This document shows, piece by piece, positions 51,070 to 64,000 of a stretch of DNA of 64,000 bases. Positions within the stretch are counted from its first letter, which is position 1. Each line of letters starts with the position of its first letter. The notes beneath the pieces are model-generated. The model searched no databases. It worked only from the letters and a program-made list of their open reading frames with translations, and was not told where the DNA came from. The DNA comes from Tubiluchus corallicola (taxonomy: Eukaryota > Animalia > Priapulida): positions 372,001 through 436,000 of the forward strand of contig JAQGDQ010000035.1 of NCBI GenBank assembly GCA_030141605.1, read 5' to 3'. A program made the translations under genes and the position numbers.

Positions 51070-51860
51070 ATCATACATGGATGATGTATGCCGACGACAT
51101 AATACTCGTTGAATAGCCAAGCTGGTTAGATAAACTGCATTTATTTTGTAGTTAATGAGCACTGAAGGTAAATATTGCCAAAACTAAGGTGATAGTTTTC
51201 AGTAAATCTGGCTTCTTAATAAAAGAAATTATGTTTTCATATATTAGAAAGCCCGAAGTTAATTTATTACGTAATGCTTATTTGACATGCAAAGAATCAG
51301 ATACGAATGGGAACTATACATTACATGTATTAGGAAAATATTATGTAAACTTGGCTTTACCCATGTATGGGAGAACTGATATATTTTCACCAAAAACAAA
51401 GTTAATTTATTCAATTGGACAGAAAATTGTACAGCAATTATAACAGCTATTTTGTAAATGCTATCCATAATGATGTTTGCCGTGATAGTTAAAATAAAAT
51501 GAGAACGTGTAGACTGTTTAAGTCTGAGTATAAACTTCTGATTATTGGTGTTCCTAAAGCACATAAATCCATCTAGGCAAAATTCCGCGTCAGTGTCCAT
51601 GCATAGACTGCAAATTGACCAAGAGTGGTCGATATACCAGACCTAAAGCTATTACTGATACGACAAAATGTAAACTATAATATGTACGAATGGGAGCACA
51701 GAAGATGAATTTCGTTTCAGTATGCAATGCAAATTATGCAATGTTTATTGCCAAGAAATGACTACGATTCTTAAGCCAGAAATATCAGGTATTGTCCCAG
51801 AATTCTCATCCATATGTAATATTGATCAGTTTACATTTTTTAAACAAAAGTGTGGATGTG
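51070..51860 (+). mobile_element. Decayed LINE reverse-transcriptase 3' part (RTE-X-like)
   Basis: MMYADDIILVE at about 51082, KVNIAKTKVIVFSKSG, and a C-terminal CKL...EDEF motif; frameshifted. Confidence 0.8.
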
Positions 51861-51974
51861 AAAGTTAAGAAATTGTTAATTATTACTATATGAATATTCG
51901 TAAAATTTCAGCTATACACGATTCTAAATTAAGAAGTGCAAATTAATTTTGCTAAAAATTATATGTATTACATG

Positions 51975-52351
51975 CAGGGCCGGATTATGACCTTTTGGGC
52001 CTCTAGGGTAATGAAATTATTTGGTCCCCTCAAATGGACCCACCCTGTATATATAACTTGCCTGCACTCGTCTTGAATATTTTTACTCCTGACATATTTT
52101 AGCGACATTTACATAGCTTGAAGTAAACATGCAAATTTTTAAATAAACTAGAATTGCTATCTTTTGCCTATCAGTAAAAATATTCTTTAAGAAATACCAC
52201 TATTCTAGCTACTATTTACTGCAAACCAAATTAGTTTTTTTAACATAAATGTAGTGAAAAACAGATTGCTCACCAAATGCTACCAAAGCTTAAAGGCTTC
52301 CCCAAAGCTTTAATGGCCCTAGATTGTAGCCTATAGGATAATCCGGTCCTG
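51975..52351. mobile_element. hAT-like non-autonomous DNA transposon
   Basis: TIRs CAGGGCCGGATTAT / ATAATCCGGTCCTG (1 mismatch in 14); no clear TSD. Confidence 0.7.
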
Positions 52352-52696
52352 GTCGTGTGTAGGCCATTCAACCTGCACTGATATACACGTAGCTGTTTTT
52401 CTTATAAATTATCTTAGCCTATTGTACACGTATCAATTACGCTTAAATTATTTAGTGTACTTATCTGATTTTATGTGAAATAAAGCATTTATTATTATTA
52501 TTACGTATATAATTGTAACACGGTGACAATTATACTCTCAATTTATACACGGTGACAGAGCAGAAATTAAATTACAAAAATCAGCCAATGACACGTTTCA
52601 TTTTTTATAAAAACTTGTAATTGCTACTAGTATTTAACTTTTTTAATTAATTGGGTAGACTTCTAATGGTTTACAGTGTAAAGTCTGAAAGTCAGA

Positions 52697-52773
52697 GCAC
52701 CTTTAATTGTGGTGTAATGATTAGCATAACAACCGAAGGCAAAAGGTCTCGGGTTCAAATCCCAGTGGAGTGC
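52697..52773 (+). pseudogene. tRNA-like sequence (SINE head or tRNA pseudogene)
   Basis: A-box-like TGGTGTAATGA and T-arm GGGTTCAAATCCC; no proper anticodon or acceptor stems. Confidence 0.55.
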
Positions 52774-54571
52774 ATAATTGGTCAGACTCTCTAATTTAAT
52801 AGTTCTTTCAAGCGCTTATACCACTTGGTCATGCATTGCAAATTAATGATATATTTTGTAAGCTATATAGATATAACCATATTAATGATATCAGGTTGAA
52901 AGTTATAATATGATGAGCTTGAATGGTTTCAGTAAGCTCTGTATTATGAAAGCAACTATAAAAGTCAAGAGACCATCATCAACATACACTGCTTTGCACT
53001 CTACATACATAAATGGGTAAGGTTTTCAAAAAAAGCACGAATAGTTTAGACCACAATGACAAAAACACAATTAAGATATTATAATGGCTTAATCATACCC
53101 ACTTTGTTGGTGGCTAGAAAGAAATATAAACAAAGAATGATTAAAACATGCGAACAATTTATTTACAACTAACATTGCCGTATTCATATATTAATCATAA
53201 TCAAATATTAGACAATGATTACTAGAGAAAAAGTCACAGTAGGCCATGTCTGTAGCTCTAGTAATTCAGAGTCAACATATTAAAACAACTAGGTATTAAA
53301 ACAGTAAATTCAAGGTATGAAAGGTGTCTGTTAATTAATCTTGTTAGCATTGATAAATTTAAAAATTACTTAAAATATTTAAAAAAAATTCCACACATTT
53401 ATGTATGTCATATGAAATGTTTCTTATTTACCAGATTCTAGTACCAGACATCTTATATTTTCTGCACCTTTTGATTATAATTCTAATTAATTTTATACAT
53501 GTATGGGGATCAGTTAAAACTAATTTTTGGGATTGCAGGAATTATGCTTGTTTTAGAATACCATAAACAAGAGACCATAATACACTAAACAACAGACAAT
53601 CTATTGTTCTTCAAAGGGCTATTGCTACTTTAGCTTTCTTTTATAGCTAGTTTTGTGCAAGGTGCTTTGGTTCCTAAGCTATGTAATAATTGTTCTTAGC
53701 ATTAAGAATTTCTTTGCTCTGAGTAGTGAGCACTTGTTTTACTGTTCCTTCTCATAATTTCACTGTGGACATTGTACATCACTAGATGCAGTTTGCAAGT
53801 TAATTGTTTTCACCTTGACCCCTATTTGCAAGGAGTTCCTCATGATTATTTTACATTATTATTGTGGAGATCTGAATGGTTCATATAAATTTTCTTTCAA
53901 AAGACATTGGTACCTAAATTAAAATAAAAGATAAACTTGGTTCAAGTTAAAGTTCCACATGAAGACTGAAGGCACAATATATTACAACCAGTGTTGCCAA
54001 AAATGGTACTGCATCCAATATGTATAATTAAAATATGTGCATGTATGTCAGTCTCAAGGCATTTGTAAAAGATAAGAACAATAGTAAAAAACAATTATTA
54101 AGAGGAAAAAGTGATTAGCTGTAATAAGTTTAGGAATTTCTGTTCATCAAGTCTCTTTCTCAGTACAGCGAATTTCAAACAAGCTCAGTCTGACACCATT
54201 TTACATCATATTCCTTCTATTTTTGAGTTAAGAGAGTACCAAATACAGAAACGGTTAACGACAACAATACTTTTTATACCCAGGCTTGTCTAAACTATCC
54301 TGTGGTAATTCTAGGTGTTTAGTTTCCTTCGAAAACAACTTTACAATGATATACTGAAGTAGTAAAAATCCATACTTGTCACAGTAAAACTGCTAAAGTT
54401 TTGTACAAACACTTAAAAGTGTTAAAAATGCGGTATTCTTTAAAAATTAGCAATAAAATGTTAAACTTGAATTCACAGCTGAACAAATTCACACAATTAA
54501 AAAATTTAAAAAATGCTTAACATATCAATTTACATGAGATAAAAATTATAAACAAGAAATACACAATCAAT

Positions 54572-54734
54572 TCACTTGGATGTTTTAAACCATTTAGGAA
54601 TGACGCCACTCCCGTCTGCATTGCGTTTCTGGGTAACTGAGCCTTTACTTGCTGAAGGTGCTGTAGACACTGAAGACGTATCAGATGAATCTACACTACT
54701 TTTACTACTGTCCTTATGCTCACCGATGCTTAAC
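54572..54734 (-). CDS. ASPSCR1: ASPSCR1 last coding exon (Ser-rich linker, IPKWFKTSK*)
   Basis: Acceptor tctag at 54735; TGA at 54574-54572. Confidence 0.88.
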
Positions 54735-57700
54735 CTAGATAAACACTGTTAAATTAAACATGGCGTAGTAGAAATTAGGAACCTGCAAATCTTGTAGTGT
54801 AATATTTTTTGTCTTACAATCATGTGCACAAAACGACTTACAAACACACAAATAGATAGAGCATGTCATGGTGCTATAAGATAATAGTTAAGTGTTACAT
54901 CGGACGCACTATGCCGCACCCTATCAATTTTTGTGTTTTAAATCAACTTGACTCTGTTCCAATAGGTCCTGTAGTGGTCCTAGGAGAGTGAGTCCTTGTG
55001 TTGCTGTCAGATATCTAAAATATTGTTTCCCTTATTGTGTTTCCCCCTTATTTGTAAAAAGTGCCAATGTGTAGAAGTTAATTGTTTTATTTTTGTAACG
55101 CTTGTTGCTGTGGTTCTTCATTACCTAAATTCAGACTAAGGGTTTACTGTGTTGTGAACGTTTCTGAATCTCATATATCAAGTAATCTTTTTCGTTTCAG
55201 GTGAATTGTTTTCTAATTATATCTACATTTATTCTGACAATTTAAATTCTAATCTTTCATTTTGTAATGATCTATTGTGTGCCTTACTATCGCTGTATCA
55301 AATGTACTAATTATTCCTTTTTGGCTTGATTCACAGCATTGAAATTACTACTAAGTCAAAACGATCCTCTGCTTTTAATTAACACGTTGATTCCTGAATG
55401 TCTTCTCTTTTTATTATAAATAATTAAGTCTTTATTTAACATGGATAACACATTAACCAACAATAATCTTTCACGTATTGAATAATAGCAATTATTATTA
55501 TAATGCTTAATATTAACATTATACTGCAAGTAAGGCTAACATTTAATTTGTCACAGATTTAATAATATATCATAATGTACCATAATGTCTTAATGGTAAT
55601 ATGCATATTTCTTATTTACCAGATTTAATACTAGACATCTTATATTATATACCTTTCGTATATATAATACCTTTATATATCTTCGTATTTTATACCTTTA
55701 TATGTATGCCTTTTGATTATAATTTTAATTATTTTCATGCATTTGCAATATCACTAAATCACATTTTACACGTATAGTGCACTTTATAAACTGGTAAAAA
55801 ATAATAATAATAGCAATTAAGATATTCAAACAGAAGCTTAACTTATACAAGAACTGTAAATTCACTCACCAATTACTGGCTTTTAATTCAGCATCGCGAA
55901 TATTTTTCTTTTCATTCATTAATGATTCCTTCAAAAACAAATCTGCAAAAGTCAAAATGAATCTAAGCTGCTGTAAAGAGGGTACCTTCAATAAACATGA
56001 TGATTTTGAGAATAGATGTAATTTCAAGTAAAAATGATAGATGTGTTAGTAATCGTTAGGAAACAAGCACTGAAATTTTTTACTTGTTCTCACAAAAAAG
56101 ACTTGAAGAATCTTAGAGAAGAACTGCATAAGACTCATGCAGAAAATGACATAGAGCCATCGTCATCATATGCCCGCTATGTGTATTGCGTAGACATTGG
56201 GCAGACAGAATTCAAAATAAAAGAATTCCTCCCTCAAGACAGGTAAACAAAGCAGTAAACTAGCAAAAAACTAGACACTGTATGCCAGTGGCTTGTCAGC
56301 ACCACTTCCGCTCTGACATAAGAGCCGCAGCTTAGCTGCGATTCCCTTTAGCCCAAAGACACAATGGCAAACTACAATTATTTCACTATACAAATTTTTA
56401 ACGAGTACGTCCAAATTTAAACCTCTTTAAAGCACAAGAAAACTCTTTATTTACACAAGGTTAAAAAACGACCTGAAAATTTTTATCATTTACGTACTGC
56501 CTTATTGCACACAGAGCTTGTATTAGCAGCAACGCTGCATAAAACTTGAAACTTTAAACTCGGGCGACGACTATAAAGCATAACCATTTTGACCATAGGT
56601 TGTTTGAAATAAGCTTAAATAACACTGCACAAAATTTTAAAAAATAATCACAATATTTGTAATTCGTAGCACACTCTTCATTAACTAAGCAAAAGTATAA
56701 ATAACTGTATCCTGTCAATAAGATTAAAAATAAGTTTCTTGATGAGTCACTGGTGCATGCTGGGAAGGTGAGTCAGTGGCTTTTTACCAGTTGGCACAAA
56801 CATTTTAAATTACTAAGAATTTTCTTTTCAAGTTAAATAACTTTTTCAATTAAGTAAGCATAATTCTATGTAATATATATTTGTATGGAAAGTTCTTGGC
56901 ATATACCAAAAAAAGCTTTTTATTCCCTTTTAAGCAAGAACAGCAATTACATATGGTAAAAATGATAATTACAGTACACTGCAATTAGCGTTGTTAAGTT
57001 TGCGACAATATCTTCTGGAACATGCAGAAATTACTTAGACATCTTTAAAGTAACATCTATAAAGTAACACTATAGCACCTAACTGTAACCTTAAAATTAC
57101 CACTTTTGCTAATTTTGATTTATTTTAACGATAAACGGTTAAATAAATGTCAGCAGACACATGCACGATGCATTGATAATTTGATATGCACACGTCATAA
57201 AACATAATTGCAGAAAAATTAGCTGACAAAATTTCACATGCTCGTTAATTTTTAAATTACCATCTAAACGTGACAGATTACTAGGTGTGAAAAATTGCTG
57301 ATGCATAACTTGTAAATTTAGGCAGAAAACAGCATTAAGTTTTCAGCAAAATCTAATAAACACTGACGGCTTGACAAATGTCAGATCTAATAGCAATAAT
57401 AAGATAATTCGAATGTCTTCAACAATCTTACATATATATCTGCACTATGTAAATTGTCAGGTAAAAATAATGACCAGCCAACAAGACGTCCACAAGACGA
57501 TGACCCTCCCAAGAATATACACATAAAGACATAGCATTTAATGGCTGATCTCATTGTTTAAACCGGGAGAATGCAACCCCAGATGTACAGGCAAAAAGTG
57601 TGCTATTCACTACTGTAACCAAGTCAGCATTTCAAGGTTCCTCATTGCAATTTCCCTGTAAACTCAATCCTGCATATCTTATGTGCTGCAAAGAATAGTT

Positions 57701-60700
57701 CTGAAACAATAATGAAAGGATCACTAACCAGCAAGAGAAGATCCACCTTTAACAAATCAATGCCATTGATATTCTTTGCTTAACCCGCCAAGTCAAGCAA
57801 AAACAAATCAAATGATTTTGTTTGCGTTTGCTTTTCCATTAACTTAATTCCAGTGCTCAGTCATTATCATCATCAGTCAATTAAAACAATATTTAATGAC
57901 CCTGTTTGAATATCTAACACACGAACATGATGATATTCATTCAAATCATAATTTCGTTTATGCTAGGTCTTACTAGACGATGTGATACGTGTGTGCGCAC
58001 ATGTGTGCGTGCATGTGTGTGAATGGCAGAAAGAGGGAGATTGTATGTGGTTTTATCACAGTGCACTATATGTTCGTAGATTATTTTTTATTGTTTTGAA
58101 TTTCTAGTTGCACTTATAGATTAGCTTGCAACAGACGCATTTGCCCAGAACTGTGTTTTTATTAAGAAATAACACTGATATGTATGTTGCGGATTATGAT
58201 GGGCAATGTTTTAAAAAGGCAAAATAAAGAATATACTATTACTACTACCACTACCACTAGGACCAAAATTAGAGATGAGACTACAGTTAAATAAAGCATA
58301 CCAAATTTCATGTCACTTCCCACGTGGACAATAGCAGCAGGAACTAAATCTGTATCCACGAGCTTCTGACTCTTGTCAGAGAGAACCTTCCTCGGAGGAG
58401 TAGTGTCTGCAACAAGAAACAGCCAGTGCAAAGATATCACATCAATTATAAAAAAACGTTTATTATTACTAGGCAGGTGAAAAAACAGCATATTTACACA
58501 CGTTGTGAAAGAAAACATAAACATAAAAATATTATGAATGATAAAAATTTATTTGTTTTGCAGTTAAAATGATTAGTCTATGACACGTGACAAGGTGTAG
58601 TTACAATAAAAATGTTTTCTTGTAGTGCTACTTGATTGTTCAAGCATTTTCATCTACTTTACATCACGCAAAAGCATACTTTCGAAAATTTCCTGCTAAT
58701 CTCAAAAGACTAATAAATTACACCCACGTCACAGACAAAGTAAGTGCAATTGCACGTAATGTTTTGCCAACGACTCACTGTTACTTAAAGAAAAATCACA
58801 GAACTGAAGTAGTAATTCCCAAAAACACAATAAAAACGTTAAGATAAAAAAACAGGAAAAAGCCACTGCAACTTAAATAACTTTAATATGTCAACTTTGC
58901 CATTGCTGCTGACAAAAAAAACAATAATAATCCTGTTATTGAAAGAATGATACAACCATTCATAAGAAGAAATGCGCTTAATTAACCGAAAAGGTAGTTA
59001 CCGCTGTCTCAGTCTATAAGCCATATCAGCCTAATCAGAAAGATGCATAACTAAAAAACATCAAAGTTCTGGGGGAGGTGGGTGTCTGAAAGAACATGGT
59101 GTGTTGGGTGTTTACATGGTACTGAAACACGCATATGACATTAGACTGAATTATAACAAAAAACAAGTTTTTATTTGTTAAAATAATTAAAATGTGGCAT
59201 TTTTAATATTAATCAACATATACAAATTCCTTCTGCTACGATTCCATTATTTTAACTAACAAAGAACTTGAGGTTGAAACTCAATTTAAATATCAATGCA
59301 AGTTCCTTCAAACTCTGCGACAGAGGTAGTTTAATTTTTCAGCTGTTAGCTGTGCAGGTAACTTGTATATGTCTAATCCAGATACAGAGTTTCTCTGGGA
59401 AAAAGAAACCCAACAAAGGCAAAGAAAGCACCTGCTACGCTGCGTGCTAACGTGTCAGTGAGGGATGCCCCATGCAGTGAATAGTACAAAAACATTGGAT
59501 CAATGATCTACAGAATAAATATGTCAAGTCAGCAAACATGCAAACAACTGACTTAAAATCCTTTACATATTATTTATTTTTCACATTGTTTGACATCAGA
59601 TTGACACAAGTGTTTAACAACTATCACACTTTGTAAATATTCAAGTCCATGTGTGACAGTTTGAAAACCACACCTCAATATTTTACTGAGTTTTCTTTAG
59701 TACGAAAAAGTATGTTAGTCTATCTTTCTACTCTTCAGGAATTAAAGACAACAGCAGAAATTTCAAAAAGTATATGAATGTATCGCATTTTTTATATTTC
59801 TACAACCAAACATTTAACATTGTGATCCATTAATTAGATCAATTTTATTCTGTTTTTAGACAATAATTGGATGGAAATGGCTAGCAATGAAATAAACTGC
59901 TTGCTTGCACTTGGTTATTCTGCTCATGATGAAATCATTTGTAATACTTACATAAATAAAATGATAAATTTTCCTCAATCAGACATTCTTTTGCACAATC
60001 GTAAAGTGCAGCCACTGAAAGTACAGTAAACACAATTAAAGTGATAATAATAATCAACAGACAACTGTCTTGCAAAACAGAAACCAACAAAAATGCACAC
60101 AACTTGATCAAAAGCAACTAGTTAATTGCCATCCATGTAACTAATTATATGCAAATTAGGCGATGAGTGTTCAGTACTGTTCAGACTTGGGAAAAGAAAA
60201 AAATAATTAAATTTTCATTGCAAAACCTGGATTTGAACACAGGGCCTAGTAAAACGTATCAGATTCTATAATATATATATATATATATAATCAGATTCAT
60301 AATTTACTAAATTAATAAACATATATATGACTCGCTCGTTGAGTAAGATTCATTTATTGTCATTGAATTACTGAAACTTTTTTGTCATCAATGCACTTCT
60401 AACTGTGACTACAATAATCATTACAGGTTTTTCTTCTTATTACATGTCGCTGTCAGTAATTAGTGATTAATTTTGGAAAATACCGTGTGTGTGTGGTGAT
60501 ATATATAAATTTGACTAATTCTAATCCTTTTAATTTTAGAAGTTTTAGAGACGTGTTTGTTTACAGAAGTCACAAAATTTTGCCGTTCAATAAAAGTGAT
60601 CAATTCTATTACTTTATTTTATGCTATATTTAGGAAAGTCAATAATTTTTATATGCAATCCCCACAGTAATATACAGACATTTAAATGTGGATAAATACG

Positions 60701-62751
60701 TGCACGGCAAACTAATATCAGTGTTGCAGTCAACATAATAATGTACTTATAACTAACATCTAAGGAAGACACTAACTTTTGTTGAAATGTTGCGTTTAAA
60801 ATAAATTAAGTATTTAAGAACAAAACTACACTATCTATTTAAGCTAACAAACTAAATTATAACTCTACAACCCAGCTATATAAACACAGATAATAACACA
60901 AACACTTTTAACAGTAGCAGTCTGTAGAAAAAAATAATGGTAATAATAATAAGAATTTGCTACATTAGTCATGTATTTTAAAATATTTAAAATCAATGAT
61001 TTTTGGAAAAAACTTTCTGAGGAACATTACAGCATACTTTATAAAATTTCTGTTTTACACAAAAGCAGAAAGAAAATGCTGTAACTAAAGAAAACTTGTT
61101 TTTATGCTAAATTTGATCCTTTAACTATTGACCGTGAGTATACGTGCTTTTATAGTGGAGTTTACGTAGCATCTGGAGTATGAGTTATGCATCATCCTCC
61201 TGCGGAATAGTTGCATAATAAAAATCAATAAGAAATAGCTACAGAAAAAATGTCACATGACGCTGGTATGATAAACGAGTGCATTGGAAATACCATAACC
61301 GATTTTATCTATTCCATCAGCATAATGCATACACATTCCGGATGGCTGGTAAACGTGTAGTACGAACAGAGAATATACAATTTCAGAGCTTAATGATGTT
61401 GTTAACATTAAGATGCTAGAGCCAGCGTAATAGAGAAAATCTAAGATTGATTTAACTTCAGCTAGCAAATTATTTTATCCTAATCTCATATGACTGTATA
61501 CTAAAATTATCTTCAATTAGAACTACATTTTGTACTTGCGCCTGAAATGATGATGACGATGTAAATCTAGGTGGTCATTTTAAATTTAAAGCGAGTATTA
61601 CTGCTTTTATAAAACGTGTAAAGATAAATTTTCTTAGCGTTTAACACTCCCATACCTATACAGACATAGAGAGTCAATTTTGGTCACTGCCATATTCTGT
61701 CAGAGATATGATCGATTTTTCGACACTTAATTATTAGTACAATGGTAAAATTCTTTAAACGACATGGCCGCTCAGTTGTGGCATGGTCACGCAATATGCA
61801 TGCAAAAGTTAAGGTGCACATCTTTGCAAAACCAGATTTTCTTTGTAAAAAAAATCTTATTTTAGAATGAAAGAAAGAAAGAGGCAGAAATGAATGTGTG
61901 AGCAAAGCGAGCATTGTTGCAAAAGTAAGCACACTGCTTTTCGCTAGATGTTAATTATTTTGCCTCAACAGGTTGTTGGCAGAAAAGGTATGATAATCTC
62001 ATCTTAGGGGACAGGTTAACGATATCAGGATTACCACTCATCAAAGATGAAAAGTCTACTGTTGTAATGGTAAAGGCTATGAGATGACAAGGGTGGGCAA
62101 TTTTTTAAGAGCAGATTAGGCTAATTTCCACCAGGCTAGCTAGTCATTCAGTTCCTACCAAAAGCTCTGGAAGATACATTGGTTCAACAGCAGTTTTTTA
62201 TAACTGGGCTAATGTAACCGTAAAAACGTTTTAGATAAAACACATTTACAAGCAAAATAGGGTGCCTAAATGAAACTTATGAACTAATTACAAGCAAAGT
62301 TTGGGGCTTTCAGATGAAACTTATAAAAAAACTAATGTTTTTCAATAAAGTTAAAGCAGGTGACTTTCTTATAGCAATCTAAACAACTTAATACGGGACA
62401 ACTAATAATAATAAAAATTATCTCAGATAGTCTTAGCTTTGTGCCTACAATGAAATTATTTTAGTTTAACAATAAAAATAACATATGTCTGGTAAGATTA
62501 TCTATTGCAGTTGTTCTCATCACTAAGCAAGTGCATTGCAAACACACATTGACCAACACCATAAAAGATGCAAATATTATGATTTGAAGATATTGGACTG
62601 ACCAGGCTCAGAAGGCCGAAAAACAGCTTGCACATTTACACCATTAGGAAACTGAAAACGAACAATGCATCGTGGATAACGAGAAAACTTTCCTTGTTTT
62701 TTAAATTCCCTCATTTGTGCTGTCTGCAGTGGTTCCTCTTCAAACATTTGT
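54572..62751 (-). CDS. ASPSCR1: Tether containing UBX domain for GLUT4 (TUG/ASPL/UBXN9), 3' coding exons 62603-62751, 59952-60014, 58302-58406, 55870-55942, 54572-54734; 5' part beyond window
   Basis: Joined translation EEEPLQTAQMRE...RYPRCIVRFQFPNGVNVQAVFRPSEPVAALY...LSFYLYTTPPRKVL...LVPAAIVHVG...IPKWFKTSK* parallels the ASPSCR1 UBX domain and C-terminal PKW motif. All introns are GT-AG with consistent phases. Confidence 0.92.
55870..55942 (-). CDS. ASPSCR1: ASPSCR1 exon (DLFLKESLMNEKKNIRDAELKASN)
   Basis: Acceptor tttgcag at 55943, donor gtgagt at 55869; 73 nt; phases fit the neighbouring exons. Confidence 0.8.
56580..56860 (+). mobile_element. Dispersed repeat family C, copy 2 (intronic)
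   Basis: Homologous to 16580-16862. Confidence 0.75.
58302..58406 (-). CDS. ASPSCR1: ASPSCR1 exon (YTTPPRKVL...PAAIVHVGSDMKF)
   Basis: Acceptor ttgcag at 58407, donor gtatgc at 58301; 105 nt. Confidence 0.9.
59952..60014 (-). CDS. ASPSCR1: ASPSCR1 exon (VAALYDCAKECLIEENLSFYL)
   Basis: Acceptor tttcag at 60015, donor gtaagt at 59951; 63 nt. Confidence 0.88.
62603..62751 (-). CDS. ASPSCR1: ASPSCR1 exon (start of UBX domain)
   Basis: Acceptor tgtag at 62752, donor gtcagt at 62602; 149 nt. Confidence 0.9.
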
Positions 62752-63494
62752 CTACAATAGAAAAGCCATAAAAATAATAAAACTTGTCCAGTGTCTATTT
62801 AATAATGTGCCATTTGTTACTTATTTTTACATGAGAATATGAAGGTCATCAAGAAGATCACAATTAAATTTATAATTTATTCTATGACAAAAAAGCAATG
62901 GAATTACAAATCAGCAATGCAAAAAATTCTCCCTCCAAAGAACAATCACTAACATACTATGACTATACCCAGCGACACAAATGATACAATTGTCATTTTG
63001 TATCCACTGAAATCAGTAAATTATACCAATGAAATTGTTTCATTATTAAAGCATCATTTGTTGCATTATTAAAGCAGTAAATGACAAAAGAAATACAGTT
63101 TACCACCTTTCTTGATGCATGAGATGTTTATATGAAAATGAAATAACTTCTTATTCGTAACTGATAATTTAAACGACAAACTAATTTCACCACTAACGCT
63201 AGGCAACAATGTAAATATAAATATCTGTTTAAAGTTTTAACAGCAGATGCTGAGACCACTGAGTTGCTTGCTAGAATACAGTTTAGGTTGAACCTTGAAT
63301 ACAGGTCAATGGACAGATGGTAAGAATCATAGTATATGTATGAGAACCTACAAGTCTGAGGTGGGATGAATAGTCAAGTGGTCTTATAAGCGTGCTTCCT
63401 GTGAATGGCTGTTGACCACCTTGGTTCGATACTTACTCTGGGAAGTTAGTTTGCCTGTGTAATATCGTGTCTTTGTTTTGTTTTCATTTAAGAA

Positions 63495-63990
63495 CGAGTC
63501 CGCGAGAGCACCATGCAGAGGGTGGCACATGAGGGGTGACGAATTTATATCATTTTTTTCTAACATGAAGGGCGACCCCCAAAACCATATAACCAAGATA
63601 TCAAATCGATCGAGCTACTATTAGCAGAGAAATGACCACATCAAGAAATTGACCTCAAAAGAGGCAAAAAATCACTATTTTGGGGGGTTATTTTAACTTT
63701 TTCTCCTGTATAAACTATTATAGATGGGTCGATGTAAGTTGGCTGGTACATAGACCCAGACATTGTCTTCTGATATCCTAACTTTTTCTGACATACTATT
63801 AATAGTATCAGAGAACGGGATTTTCCAAATTCGGCTCTTTGTTAAGAGTCCAGGGAGAGGTTAAGTTGTAAGGTTCATAACTTTTCCACTGCGGGTTTAC
63901 AGAACTTCTGGTTTTCATGTATGTGTTAACCATCATCCTCACTAATAATATAAAAAAGAAAATTCGCTGGAGCCTGTTTCAACACTTAGT
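63495..63990. mobile_element. Probable non-autonomous DNA transposon or Helitron-type insertion in an ASPSCR1 intron
   Basis: Composition shift and a motif style typical of invertebrate non-autonomous elements (ACCCCCAAAACCATATAACC, TTTTGGGGGGT); no second copy in the window. Confidence 0.3.
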
Positions 63991-64000
63991 ACTGGCAATT

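Noticed and set aside
52697-52773. Functional tRNA gene
   Set aside because: Only the A and B boxes and T-arm are recognisable; a cloverleaf cannot be formed. Similar decayed heads at about 27205, 30820 and 60225 on the minus strand point to SINEs.

Overview
AT-rich (about one third GC by eye) eukaryotic genomic DNA from an invertebrate animal, with spliceosomal GT-AG introns. Three protein-coding genes lie on the minus strand. The first is a cytosolic sulfotransferase (coding exons 3776-3605, 3361-3141, 2667-2538, 206-112, running off the window start). The second is an intronless RASD/Rhes/Di-Ras-type small GTPase with a CAAX box (9718-9002). The third is the last five coding exons of an ASPSCR1/TUG (UBXN9) orthologue (62751-54572, 5' part outside the window). 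About 43 kb between the GTPase and ASPSCR1 holds no recognisable gene. It contains microsatellites, several non-autonomous DNA-transposon families (Kolobok-like with TTAA TSD, Harbinger-like, hAT-like, foldback), decayed LINEs, a tRNA-headed SINE with an 8-bp TSD, and enhancer-like islands. The least routine signals are five degenerate minimal hammerhead-ribozyme motifs of the Penelope type (including an inverted pair at about 43.4 kb) and an orphan CRE + RFX X-box promoter-like island at about 45.2 kb followed by plausible non-coding exons. I found no convincing wholly new system; most short ORFs in the track are repeat or chance artefacts.
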